This document shows, piece after piece, positions 19,001 to 28,693 of a stretch of 64,000 bases of DNA (its first letter is position 1; every line of letters begins with the position of its first letter). Both the position numbers and the translations under genes were made by a program. Location of the stretch: positions 124,806 through 188,805 of the forward strand of contig CAWDZK010000005.1 of assembly GCA_963807005.1 (NCBI GenBank), read 5' to 3'. The notes beneath the pieces are model-generated. The model saw nothing but the letters and a program-made list of their open reading frames with translations, did not search any database and was not told the DNA's origin. The DNA is from an uncultured Actinomycetota bacterium. Its GTDB lineage: Bacteria; Actinomycetota; Actinomycetes; JACCUZ01.

Positions 19001-19768
19001 GTGGACCGCGCCGAGCTGACCTCGTTGCTGGACGCCGTCGCCGCCGGGGGGATGGCGGTCGATGCCGCCGTGGACCGCCTCGCGGACGGCCCGTTGCACG
19101 GCCCGCTCGACCTCGGCTTCGCCCGGGTCGACACCCACCGCGGGGTCCGGACCGGCGACCCGGAGGTCGTCTACGCCGCCGGCAAGAGCCCCGAGCAGAC
19201 CGTGGCCATCCTGCGTGCGTTGACCGAGCAGGGCCCGCGCGCCGCCGTCGCCACCCGGGTCCCGGACGCCACCGCCGACGCCGTCCTGGCCGCCTTCCCG
19301 GACGCGCTGGTCGACCCGGTCGCCCGGGCCGTGGCGGTGGGCGCCCTGCCCGAGCCGCGGGGCACGGTGTGCGTGGTGGCGGCCGGCACCTCCGACGGTC
19401 CGGTGGCGGCGGAGGCGGCGTTCGTGGCGCGCGCGTTCGGCGCCGGGGTCCGCCGGATCGACGACGTCGGCGTCGCCGGCCTGCACCGGCTGATGGCGGT
19501 CCGGTCCGAGCTGGACGACGCCGACTGCCTCGTGGTGGTGGCCGGGATGGAGGGCGCGCTGCCCAGCGTCGTCGGTGGCCTGACCGGCGTGCCGCTGGTG
19601 GCGGTGCCGACGTCGGTCGGGTACGGCGCGTCGTACGGCGGGCTGGCCGCGCTCCTCGCGATGCTCAACTCGTGCGCGCCGGGCGTCACCGTGTGCAACA
19701 TCGACAACGGCTTCGGGGCCGGGGTGTTCGCCGCCCGGGTGGCGCGCCGGGCAGCGGCGCGCACATGA
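19001..19768 (+). CDS. larB: Nickel-pincer cofactor biosynthesis carboxylase LarB
   Basis: 'FARVDTHR', 'EVVYAAGK', 'AGTSD.PVA.EA', 'DVGVAGLHRL', 'VAGMEGALPSV', 'PTSVGYG', 'NIDNGFGAG'. Confidence 0.95.
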   Translation: MDRAELTSLLDAVAAGGMAVDAAVDRLADGPLHGPLDLGFARVDTHRGVRTGDPEVVYAAGKSPEQTVAILRALTEQGPRAAVATRVPDATADAVLAAFPDALVDPVARAVAVGALPEPRGTVCVVAAGTSDGPVAAEAAFVARAFGAGVRRIDDVGVAGLHRLMAVRSELDDADCLVVVAGMEGALPSVVGGLTGVPLVAVPTSVGYGASYGGLAALLAMLNSCAPGVTVCNIDNGFGAGVFAARVARRAAART

Positions 19769-20962
19769 CCGCCACCGGCTCGCTGCTCTGGGTGGACGCC
19801 TCGGCCGGAGCCTCCGGCGACATGCTGCTCGGTGCGTTGGTCGGCGCGGGCGCGGACCTGGCGGTGCTGCAGGCAGCGGTCGACGCGCTGGGCACCGAGC
19901 CGGTGCGACTGGTGCGGACTGCGGTCACCCGCGGCGGGCTGGCGGCCACCAAGGTCGACGTCGAGGTGGCGCCGAGCGAGGTGCGCCGCACCTGGCCGGA
20001 CGTGCGGGCGCTGGTAGAGGGCGCGGGGCTGGGCGTCAGCCGTCCGCGACCGGGCACTGGACGTGTTCGCGCGGCTGGCCAGCGCGGAGGGGGCGGCGCA
20101 CGGGATCGACCCGGAGCAGGTGCACTTCCACGAGGTCGGCGCCCTCGACTCGCTGGCCGACGTGGTCGCTGTCAGCGCCGCTCTGCACGACCTCGGGGTC
20201 ACCGAGGTGCACTGCGGGCCGCTGGCGCTGGGCCGTGGCGAGGTGCGCACCGCGCACGGGGTGCTGCCGGTGCCGGTCCCGGCAGTCCTGGGCGTGCTGG
20301 CCGGGACCGGGGCGCCCGCCTCCGCCGGCGAGGTCGACGGCGAGGCGTGCACCCCGACCGGGGCCGCGCTGCTCGCCTCGGCGGTGACCCGCTGGGGCCC
20401 GATGCCGGCGATGACCGTGCGAGCGACCGGGAGCGGGGCCGGCGGCCGCGACCCCGAGGGCAGGGCCAACGTGCTCCGGGCCGTGCTGGGCGACCCGGTC
20501 GACGTGCCGTCGCGCGAGCAGGCGGGCGAGGCGGTGGTGCTCGAGGCCAACGTCGACGACCTGGACCCCCGGGTCTGGCCGGCAGTGCTGGCTGCGCTGC
20601 TCGCGGCGGGGGCCGCGGACGCCTGGCTCACGCCCATCCTGATGAAGAAGGGCCGGCCGGCGCACACCCTGTCGGTGCTGACCGACCCGGGCGCGCTCGA
20701 CGCCGTCCGCCGGGTGATGTTCATCGAGAGCTCCACGATCGGCGTGCGCGAGCACCGGGTCGGCAAGCACGCCCTGGACCGCGAGCTGCGCACGGTGCAG
20801 GTCGACGGCTGCCAGGTGGCGGTCAAGGTGGCGAGGCTGGACGGCAGCGTGGTCAACGTCTCGCCGGAGTACGACGACGTCGCGGCGGCGGCGGCCGTGC
20901 TCGGCCGGCCGGTCAAGGCGGTCCTCGCCGCGGCCGTCGCCGCCGCCGAGGCCCTCGCCTGA
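19765..20962 (+). pseudogene. larC: Nickel insertase LarC with an apparent 1-bp insertion near codon 90 (probably a sequencing indel)
   Basis: 'GASGDMLLGAL', 'VHFHEVGALDS', 'TPTGAALL', 'EANVDDLDP', 'MKKGRP', 'SSTIGVR', 'PEYDD'. Removing one G from GGG at 20031-20033 restores 'LASAVRDRALDVFARL'. Confidence 0.88.
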
Positions 20963-21571
20963 ATGGACCTCGCTCACGTCGCGACGGCCTTCGCCCTGAT
21001 CTTCCCGGTCGAGCTGCCGGACAAGACGTTCGTCGCGACGCTCGTGCTGGCCACCCGGTACCGGCCGCTGCCGGTGTGGCTCGGCGTGTCCGCGGCGTTC
21101 CTCGTGCAGTCGCTGGTCGCCGTCACCGCCGGCTCGCTGCTCTCGCTGCTGCCGCACCCCGTGGTCGGCCTGGTCGCCGGCCTGCTCTTCCTCGTCGGTG
21201 CAGTCGTCCTGTGGCGCGGGGCGGCCCGCGCGGACGCGGAGGAGGCCGAGCAGGAGGCGGCGTTCAGCGCCAGGGCGTCGCGGGACGTCACCGGCGTCCG
21301 GGCCGCGGCGACCAGCTTCGGCGTGCTGTTCCTCGCCGAGTGGGGCGACCTGTCGCAGCTGCTCACCGCCGGGCTCGCCGCCCGCTACCACGACCCGGTC
21401 AGCGTCTTCGCCGGCTCGTGGCTGGCCCTCGTCGTGGTGGCCGGGCTGGCCGTCGGGCTCGGCCGCACGCTGCTCCGCTACGTCCGGCTGTCGACGATCC
21501 GCCGGGTCGGCGCCACGGTCTGCCTGGTGCTCGCCGCGGTGGCGGTGTACGACGTGGTCGCCGCGCTCTGA
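20963..21571 (+). CDS. TMEM165/GDT1 family cation transporter
   Basis: Two signature motifs 'ELPDKT' and 'EWGDLSQ'. ATG directly follows the larC stop. Confidence 0.9.
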   Translation: MDLAHVATAFALIFPVELPDKTFVATLVLATRYRPLPVWLGVSAAFLVQSLVAVTAGSLLSLLPHPVVGLVAGLLFLVGAVVLWRGAARADAEEAEQEAAFSARASRDVTGVRAAATSFGVLFLAEWGDLSQLLTAGLAARYHDPVSVFAGSWLALVVVAGLAVGLGRTLLRYVRLSTIRRVGATVCLVLAAVAVYDVVAAL

Positions 21572-21592
21572 CCCCGGTCGCGTCGGCTGCGG

Positions 21593-22510
21593 TCAGAGGT
21601 CCGCGCGCTCGGTCATGCTGAAGCGCAGCTTGGCCATCATGTTCTCCACCTCGGGGCTGATCCCGCTGGTGTCGAACAACTCGTGCGCGCGGGCGGCGAT
21701 GCCTTCCGCCGTGAACCTGGTGTCGTGGTTCTGGATCACGGCCACCGAGGTGAACGGCTGGTACAGCTCGACCGCGTCGCCCTGCACGCCGAACACCTTG
21801 CCGCTGATGGTGCCCGCGGCGTCGCTGCAGAGGTAGGCCACCAGCGGGGCGACGTTGTCCGGGTGCCAGAAGTCGAACGTCTCGCCCTCGTCGTCGGCAG
21901 AGAGGTCCTTGAAGCTGCCGTACGCCGACTCGGTCATCCGGGTCCGGGCGGCGGGTGCGATCGCGTTGCACCGCACGCCGTACCTGGCCATCTCCATGGC
22001 CACGATCGTCGAGAAGGCCGCGATGCCGGCCTTCGCGGCGCCGTAGTTGGCCTGGCCGAAGTTTCCGAGCAGCCCGGACGACGAGGCCGTGCACACGATG
22101 CGCCCACCCGTGCCGGTGTCCTTCCAGTGCGCACAGGCGGCTCGGGTCGGCAGGAAGTGGCCCCGCAGGTGCACCTTGATCACGGAGTCCCACTCGTCGG
22201 CCGACATCTTCGCGACGGTGCGGTCGCGCAGGATGCCCGCGTTGTTGACCAGGCCGTCGAGCCGGCCCCAGGTGTCCAGCGCGGTGGCGATCAGCCCGCG
22301 GGCGGTGTCCTCCTCGGAGCAGTCGCCGGTGTCGAGCGCTGCCTCACCACCGGCGGCGGTGATCTCGTCGACGACCGCCTGTCCCGCCTCGGGGTCCAGC
22401 TCGTTGACCACGACGCGGGCGCCCTCGCGGGCGAGCTCGATCGCCTCGCCGCGGCCGATGCCGCGCCCCGCGCCGGTGACGATCACGACCTTGCCGTCCA
22501 GGAGAGCCAT
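21593..22510 (-). CDS. Short-chain dehydrogenase/reductase
   Basis: 'TGAGRGIG', 'NNAGILRD', 'NYGAAK' (YxxxK). Candidate -10 TAGGGT at 22518-22523. Confidence 0.92.
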   Translation of the reverse strand: MALLDGKVVIVTGAGRGIGRGEAIELAREGARVVVNELDPEAGQAVVDEITAAGGEAALDTGDCSEEDTARGLIATALDTWGRLDGLVNNAGILRDRTVAKMSADEWDSVIKVHLRGHFLPTRAACAHWKDTGTGGRIVCTASSSGLLGNFGQANYGAAKAGIAAFSTIVAMEMARYGVRCNAIAPAARTRMTESAYGSFKDLSADDEGETFDFWHPDNVAPLVAYLCSDAAGTISGKVFGVQGDAVELYQPFTSVAVIQNHDTRFTAEGIAARAHELFDTSGISPEVENMMAKLRFSMTERADL

Positions 22511-22584
22511 GCGGGTGACCCTACGAGCCGCCCGGTCCGGGGTCCCAATCGGCCCGACCTGCCGGATCGCTGCGCTCGCGCGGG

Positions 22585-24537
22585 TCAGCCGGCGGGGACG
22601 CCTGGTGCCGCCCCGACGTCCATCGGCCCGGCCCGCCGCAGCTCGGTCGTGAGCCGGGTGGCGCCGGAGGCGTCGGAGCGGAGGACGACCAGGGTGTGCG
22701 CGGCTGCCGAGGGCGCGAGGTCCGGCGCATCGACGTACGGAGGCTGCGGGGCGGCGTCCGTCACGGTGACGGAGGTGCCAGTCGGCGGCACCAGCACCCA
22801 GGCCGTCCCGTCGGCCACGGTGAACCGCAGCGACCCGTCCGGCTGCCGCACCACCGCCGCGGGAGGTGCGGCGAGAAGGAACGAGGCCGAGACCGGCACC
22901 GGCGCACCGCCGGTGGTGGTCAGGTCGTCGCGCACCTGGACCGCCCCGTCGCCGGTGGTCACCCGCCGCTGCCAGCTCGCGACCCCCGGCAGGGCCGTGG
23001 TCGACGTCATCACGAGGTCGCCCCCGCCGTCGACGGAGACCCCGCCGGACCCGGTCCCCCGCTGCCGGACGCTGCCGTCGTCCTGCAGCACCCCGATCGT
23101 GCTGTGCGCCTTCGTGGCCGCCCGCCAGACCGGGCTCCCGGTGAACGAGTACGACCGCTGGCCCAGGTCGTCGAGCAGCGTCTGCTCGCCCTGCTTCACG
23201 ACCACGTTGCCGACGTCGGCGTGGGCGTGCGGGGCGTCGTTGGGCACCGCGGTCAGCAGCGCGTACGTGTCGCCGGAGGTGGCGCAACCGTAGGAGCGGG
23301 CGGCGGCCGGTCCGCCGGCGACGTACGGCCCGGTCGCCGGGGCCGGCGGCGCGGCCGGCGCGTCGGCCGGTGCGCCCGGGGTCAGCTGCGAGAGGACGAG
23401 CTCGGCGATGCCGTCGGGCACGGCCCACTCGCCGACGCCGGGCAGCGTCAGCCGGGCGCTCGCCTGCAGCTCCTCGTAGATCGCCCGGACCCGCGGACCC
23501 GCGGCGTCGTGGCGCGACATCGCGGCCAGCGCGGTGGTGCGGTCCACCCACGGGTACACGTCCCAGCCGTCCTGCACCGCCGGCTCGGCGACCCGCCCGC
23601 AGTGCTCGGTCCAGGCGGCCAGCGCTCCGAGCGTCGGCAGCGCGGCGGACAGCCGGCCGGTGAGCTCCGGCTGGTGCCGGGTGGCCCGGACCGTCGCGTC
23701 GAGCAGCGCGACGCTCGCGGCCTCGTAGGTCGTGTACATCAGGCCCTCGACCGTCGGGCCGTCGGCGAGCGACCGGCCCGACCCGTCGGCCGCCGCGTGC
23801 CGGGCCAGCGCGGCCGACCCGGCCTGCACGGCGGCGTCGGACCAGCCGGCTGCGCCGCGCGCGGCCAGGCCCGCGAGCACCACCGCGCTCCCGACGACGG
23901 TCGCCTGGTTGCCCTCCCCCGCCTCGCGCGCTGCCAGGCCGCCGGTGCCGCAGACGTACGGCGCCACCAGGCGGTCCTCCAGGGCGGCCAGCACCTCGGT
24001 GCGCTCGCCGGGGGTCATCCGGGACCGCGACCAGGAGTACCCGAGGGCGACCGCGGCCCCCACCTGGGCACCGTCCAGCGGGTGGCCCGGGTTCCAGTCC
24101 GACCAGCGCGCGGCCCGCACGGTCTGGGCGGCGAGGAAGTCCCGGTAGCGCGGGTCATGGGTGGCGGCGTAGGCGTACCCGAGGACGCCGACCACCCGGC
24201 GCAGCGCGACCCCGTCGTCGTAGAGGTAGCGCAGCGGGTCCTGCCCCGGGACCGGGCGGGGCCGGACCACCGGGAGGGTGCCGGCGAGCACCTGGTCGGC
24301 CGCGGCCACCAGCGGCGCCTCCGACGCGCTGTCCCGGACGTGCACCCGGTCGAGGTCGACCACGAGCGGCACCGGCCGGTCGGTCACCTGCACCGGTCCG
24401 GCCGGGCACCGGGTGACCGTGCGCACCCCGGGCAAGGGCGCGGGGCCGGGGTCTCCGACGACGCTCGCCGCCTGGACCCCGACCACCGCGACCACGGTGG
24501 CGGCGGCGGTCAGGCCGGCCAGGGGGAGACGACGCAT
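22585..24537 (-). CDS. Secreted heparinase II/III-like (polysaccharide lyase-like) protein
   Basis: N-terminal signal/TM segment. Alpha-toroid-like '[25 protein letters not shown]' and C-terminal '[11 protein letters not shown]...LLDDLG', 'KAHSTI'. Confidence 0.6.
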   Translation of the reverse strand: MRRLPLAGLTAAATVVAVVGVQAASVVGDPGPAPLPGVRTVTRCPAGPVQVTDRPVPLVVDLDRVHVRDSASEAPLVAAADQVLAGTLPVVRPRPVPGQDPLRYLYDDGVALRRVVGVLGYAYAATHDPRYRDFLAAQTVRAARWSDWNPGHPLDGAQVGAAVALGYSWSRSRMTPGERTEVLAALEDRLVAPYVCGTGGLAAREAGEGNQATVVGSAVVLAGLAARGAAGWSDAAVQAGSAALARHAAADGSGRSLADGPTVEGLMYTTYEAASVALLDATVRATRHQPELTGRLSAALPTLGALAAWTEHCGRVAEPAVQDGWDVYPWVDRTTALAAMSRHDAAGPRVRAIYEELQASARLTLPGVGEWAVPDGIAELVLSQLTPGAPADAPAAPPAPATGPYVAGGPAAARSYGCATSGDTYALLTAVPNDAPHAHADVGNVVVKQGEQTLLDDLGQRSYSFTGSPVWRAATKAHSTIGVLQDDGSVRQRGTGSGGVSVDGGGDLVMTSTTALPGVASWQRRVTTGDGAVQVRDDLTTTGGAPVPVSASFLLAAPPAAVVRQPDGSLRFTVADGTAWVLVPPTGTSVTVTDAAPQPPYVDAPDLAPSAAAHTLVVLRSDASGATRLTTELRRAGPMDVGAAPGVPAG

Positions 24538-24658
24538 CCGCCCCATGGTCGCCCACCGGCGCGCGGGCCGCGAACCGGTCCCGGCGGTCGGCGCGGCGGC
24601 TGTGACCGAGGCCACAGCGCCCGGGACGCCGGGCCGCTGCCACGGCTACCCTGCCGCC

Positions 24659-25882
24659 ATGACCGAGACCCCCGCCCGGCCCGGCGAGACGGCTCCGCTC
24701 GGCGTCGACAGCGAGGTCGGCCGCCTGCGCACGGTGCTGCTGCACCGGCCCGGACCCGAGCTGAAGCGGCTCACGCCCCGCAACAACGACACCCTGCTCT
24801 TCGACGGGATCCCGTGGGTGGGCCGGGCCCAGGACGAGCACGACGCGTTCGCCCAGGCACTGCGCGACCACGGCGTCGAGGTGCTCTACCTGGCCGAGCT
24901 GCTGGCCACGGCCCTGGAGGTGGAGGCGGCCCGGAGCGAGGCGATCGACGCCGTGCTGCGCGACCCGCGGCTGGGCGAGACCCTGAGCGGCTTCGTCTCG
25001 TCGTACCTGCAGGGGCTGCACCCGGCCGACCTCGCCCAGGCGCTGATGGCCGGGTTGGCGCACGAGGAGATCGCGCCGGTCGGCGGCCTGGTCTACCGGT
25101 TCATGGACCGGCACGACTTCGTCATCGACCCGCTGCCGAACCTGCTGTTCACCCGCGACTCCAGCGTGTGGATCCGGGACCGGGTGGCGGTCACCAGCCT
25201 GGCGATGCCGGCCCGCGAGCGCGAGACGACGCTCACCCGGGCGATCTACCGCCACCACCCGCGGTTCGCCGGCACCGAGCTGGTGCACGGCCCCGAGAAC
25301 GAGCCGGTCGAGGGTGGCGACGTCCTGCTGCTCGCGCCGGGAGTGGTCGCGGTGGGGGTCGGCGAGCGCACCACCCCGGCCGGGGTCGAGCGGCTGGCCC
25401 GCACGGTGTTCAGCCGCGACCTGGCGCACACCGTGCTCGCCGTGCCGATCGCGCAGGAACGGGCCACCATGCACCTCGACACCGTCTGCACCATGGTCGA
25501 CGTCGACGCCGTCGTCATGTACCCGAACATCGCCGACACGCTGCAGGCCTACACCGTCACGGACGGCGGCGAGCTGCACGTCGACGGCCCGGAGCCGTTC
25601 CTGGTCGCGGCCGCGAAGGCGATGGGCATCGACACGCTGCGGATCATCGACACCGGCCTGGACCCGGTCACCGCCGAGCGCGAGCAGTGGGACGACGGCA
25701 ACAACACCCTGGCGATCGGTCCGCGGCTCGCGGTGGCCTACGAGCGCAACGTCGAGACCAACGCCCGGCTGGAGGAGGCCGGCATCGAGGTGGTCCGGAT
25801 CGCCGGCTCCGAGCTCGGCAGCGGCCGGGGCGGCCCGCGCTGCATGTCCTGCCCGATCAGCCGGGACCCGCTCGCCGGCTGA
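24659..25882 (+). CDS. arcA: Arginine deiminase
   Basis: '[15 protein letters not shown]', 'LFDG', '[10 protein letters not shown]', 'EGGDVL', 'MHLDTV', '[19 protein letters not shown]'. Candidate -10 TACCCT at 24647-24652. Confidence 0.96.
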   Translation: MTETPARPGETAPLGVDSEVGRLRTVLLHRPGPELKRLTPRNNDTLLFDGIPWVGRAQDEHDAFAQALRDHGVEVLYLAELLATALEVEAARSEAIDAVLRDPRLGETLSGFVSSYLQGLHPADLAQALMAGLAHEEIAPVGGLVYRFMDRHDFVIDPLPNLLFTRDSSVWIRDRVAVTSLAMPARERETTLTRAIYRHHPRFAGTELVHGPENEPVEGGDVLLLAPGVVAVGVGERTTPAGVERLARTVFSRDLAHTVLAVPIAQERATMHLDTVCTMVDVDAVVMYPNIADTLQAYTVTDGGELHVDGPEPFLVAAAKAMGIDTLRIIDTGLDPVTAEREQWDDGNNTLAIGPRLAVAYERNVETNARLEEAGIEVVRIAGSELGSGRGGPRCMSCPISRDPLAG

Positions 25883-26131
25883 GTCCTGCGCGCCCGCCAC
25901 CCGCGATCGGGGCTCAGCGGCCTCGGGACGGCCCCGGACGACGGAATCCGTGGCAGGACGCCGTCCCGGGTGCGGACATGGAGCGGCCCGAGCGCAACCG
26001 ACGGGGGATGCAGCAGCGCTCGGGCCTGGCGGGGACGATATCCGAGACCACGCCCTCCGCACAGGGCAAGGCGCCAGTGCGTTCGCACCAAATTCCCCAC
26101 GGGCAGCCGCAGCAGCCCGCTCCCCCTTCGT

Positions 26132-26189
26132 CGAGTGGCGCGTAGTGGTCGGCCTGTACCGGTACAGAGCCGCCACTACGCGCCACTCG
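26132..26189. repeat. 58-bp near-perfect palindrome between convergent arcA and DUF5926 genes (REP-like or terminator)
   Basis: CGAGTGGCGCGTAGTGG-T-CGGC-CTGTACCGGTACAG-A-GCCG-CCACTACGCGCCACTCG. Confidence 0.75.
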
Positions 26190-26201
26190 CTGCCACCACG
26201 G

Positions 26202-27170
26202 TCAGCGCAGGGTGAGCTGCCGGCTGCGCAGGCCGTCCCGAGCCCGCCGCTCGGCGTCGGACAGCGCCGCCGTCTCGGCCAGCGCCTCGTCCAGCCGGGC
26301 GGCGAACGCGGCCACCGGCTCCTCCAGGTCCGCTGCCGAGGTGCCGGGCGCGAGGTCCCACACCGGGACGACCAGGCCGTGCGCCCGGAACGAGCCCACG
26401 TAGCGCGAACCGTCGCCCACGGTGTCCGCGCCGGCCGCGTGCAGCCGGGCCAGCGCGTCGAGCAGCGTGTCCTCGTCGTGCGGCACCACCCAACGCAGGT
26501 GGTTGCGCTCCCGGATCTGGCACCAGTACGCCGCCTCGACCGCCGCCAGCCGCACCGTCGGCACCACGGCCTCGTTGGCCCGCTCCATCGACGCGATCAC
26601 CTCCGGGCTGCGGTCCTCGACGCCGTCCAGCCAGAAGTCGAAGCTCTCGCGCACCGACACCTGCAGCGGTGCCGCCGGGTCGAGCAGGTCCTGGAGGCGG
26701 GCGCCGGCACCGGGGAGCGTCGTGGGCGCGATCGGCGTACCCGGCTCGGCCGCCAGCGCGAGCTCGAGGGCGTGCGCGACGTCGCGGTTCGCGTCGCCGG
26801 ACCCGCCCGGGACCTGCAGCCCGACGAACAGCTCGCCGTCCTGGCGGACCAGGCCAGGCCAGGCCATCGGCAGCACGGTGGCGAGGGTGGCCCGGCGGCC
26901 GGCGTGCTCCCCGGCCAGGGTCAGCGCCGCAGTCGCCGCCGGCACGATCTCGCGCATCGCGACCCAGTCGCACTCCCCGGCCAGGCCCCGGAACGGCCGG
27001 GCCACGAAGGCCTCGGCCGCCTGGCCGGCGCCGCGGCCGTGGCAGGCCTTGTACCGGCGGCCGGACCCGCAGGGGCAGGGCTCCCGACCGGCCACCACCG
27101 GCACCTCGCCCCCCGCAGCGGGGGTGCCGGTGGTGCGGGTCGCACGGCGACGGCTCGACTTGGTACCCAT
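26202..27170 (-). CDS. SEC-C motif / DUF5926 family protein
   Basis: 'PCPCGSGRRYKACHG', 'RPFRGLAGECDWVAMREIVPAATA', 'AAYWC', 'GSFRAHGLVVPVWDL'. Confidence 0.85.
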   Translation of the reverse strand: MGTKSSRRRATRTTGTPAAGGEVPVVAGREPCPCGSGRRYKACHGRGAGQAAEAFVARPFRGLAGECDWVAMREIVPAATAALTLAGEHAGRRATLATVLPMAWPGLVRQDGELFVGLQVPGGSGDANRDVAHALELALAAEPGTPIAPTTLPGAGARLQDLLDPAAPLQVSVRESFDFWLDGVEDRSPEVIASMERANEAVVPTVRLAAVEAAYWCQIRERNHLRWVVPHDEDTLLDALARLHAAGADTVGDGSRYVGSFRAHGLVVPVWDLAPGTSAADLEEPVAAFAARLDEALAETAALSDAERRARDGLRSRQLTLR

Positions 27171-27211
27171 GTGCACAGCTCCGGATCGCGGGGAAGAGGA
27201 CCCGCGCGAGA

Positions 27212-27700
27212 CTAGCGACCCGCCTCCGGTCCGCGGTCCGGACGGACCGCGCGGCGAGCCGAGCGAGGCACCTCGGCCCACACGGTGATCGAGTCCCCCG
27301 CCTCGGTGACACCCCAGTGCCTGCTCACGGTCCGCACGATGTCCAGGCCGCGGCCACCCAGTGCCGACAGAGGGGCCACCTCGGCGCGCGGCCGGGTGCT
27401 GCTCCCCCCGTCGGTGATCTCGATGTGCAGCACCTCGGCCTCCAGGCTCCACCGCACGGTGATCTCCCCGGAGGGCAGCGGCGTCGCATGCTTGACCGCG
27501 TTGCTCACCAGCTCGGAGAGCACCAGCAGGGCGTCGTCGCGGGCTGTCTCGTCCAGCCCCGCGGTGGCGATCTGCGCCGCGAAGGCGTGTCGGGCCTTCC
27601 GCACGCCGGTGCGCTCGTGCGGCACGGTGATCGACACGGACGGACCGGCGCGCACGTCACCGCCGGACGGCGCTGCGCGCGTGGACTCCCCGGACGGCAT
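27212..27700 (-). CDS. RsbW-like HATPase_c ATP-binding protein (anti-sigma factor type)
   Basis: 'LVLSELVSNAVKHA', 'ITDGG', 'GGRGLDIV', 'WGV'. Confidence 0.85.
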   Translation of the reverse strand: MPSGESTRAAPSGGDVRAGPSVSITVPHERTGVRKARHAFAAQIATAGLDETARDDALLVLSELVSNAVKHATPLPSGEITVRWSLEAEVLHIEITDGGSSTRPRAEVAPLSALGGRGLDIVRTVSRHWGVTEAGDSITVWAEVPRSARRAVRPDRGPEAGR

Positions 27701-27784
27701 CGCGCTCCCTCGGACCGATGATGATCGTTCCTGGCCCGTGCCCGGGGCTTGCGGGCTGAAACGAGCCGGGCCGCGAGGCTTGCG

Positions 27785-28630
27785 TCACGCTCCGGCCGGG
27801 CCTCCGGACGTGCGCCCCAGCGCGGCCAGCACCCGGCCCGGCCGGTTGGTGATGATCGCCTCGACGCCGAGGCCGACGCAGAGCGCCACGTCCTCGGCCG
27901 AGTCGACGGTCCAGACGTGCACCGGGTGACCCTGCCGGTGGCACCGCTCGACGAAGCGGGGGTGAGCGCGGACCACCTCGATGCTCGGGCCGGAGATCGT
28001 CACGCCCTCGGGCAGGGTGCCGTCGCGGAAGCGCAGCGGGACCCGCTCGAACAGCATGGCGGTGCGCAGGTCCGGCGCCAGCGAGCGGATGCGGCGCAAC
28101 GAGAGCTGGGAGAACGACATCACCCGTATCGGGGAGCCGGCCCGGGCCCAGTCGAACTCGTCGAGCAGCGCCACCAGGCGGCGTTCCACCAGCCCGGCGT
28201 ACCGCGTCGGGTGCTTGGTCTCGATAGCCAGCTCGACCCGGCGGCCGGCCGCCGCGACCGTCTCGAGCAGCCGCCGCAGTGTGAGGATCTGCGACCTGTC
28301 CCGGTCGGGCAGCTCGGGGTCCTCGTAGTCCTCCCAGGTCTCCCGCCAGGAGCCCCAGTCCAGCTCGTTGAGCTCGGCGAGCTCCAGGGTGGACAGGATT
28401 CCCCGGCCGTTGGAGGTGCGGTCGATCCGCCGGTCGTGGACGCAGACCAGGTGCCCGTCCCGGGTCAGCCGGACGTCACACTCCAGCGCGTCCGCGCCGT
28501 CCTCGATCGCTCGCCGGTAGGCGGCCAGCGTGTGCTCGGGCGCATCGTCGGACGAACCCCGGTGCGCGACCACCTGCACGCGCTGGGGTTCGACGCCCAG
28601 CGCCTCGCGGCTCACGGTCACACCGGCCAT
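27785..28630 (-). CDS. Glycerophosphodiester phosphodiesterase
   Basis: 'AHRGSS', 'EHTLAAY', 'ECDVRLTRDG', 'HD', 'IETKHP', 'VWTVD', 'IITNRP'. Confidence 0.92.
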   Translation of the reverse strand: MAGVTVSREALGVEPQRVQVVAHRGSSDDAPEHTLAAYRRAIEDGADALECDVRLTRDGHLVCVHDRRIDRTSNGRGILSTLELAELNELDWGSWRETWEDYEDPELPDRDRSQILTLRRLLETVAAAGRRVELAIETKHPTRYAGLVERRLVALLDEFDWARAGSPIRVMSFSQLSLRRIRSLAPDLRTAMLFERVPLRFRDGTLPEGVTISGPSIEVVRAHPRFVERCHRQGHPVHVWTVDSAEDVALCVGLGVEAIITNRPGRVLAALGRTSGGPAGA

Positions 28631-28693
28631 GGTGGCACCGCGGCGCCGGGCGTGGGCATCACCCGCCGGGTTGCTGGGTAACGTGTCGGGACC

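Noticed and set aside
24659-25882. Complete arginine deiminase pathway or an ammonia supply link to the amidination modules
   Set aside because: No arcB/arcC/arcD here, stand-alone arcA is common in Actinomycetia, and the modules have their own glutaminases.
27030-27095. SEC-C motif as a secA fragment
   Set aside because: The motif is N-terminal in a DUF5926-type protein, and there are no SecA helicase motifs.
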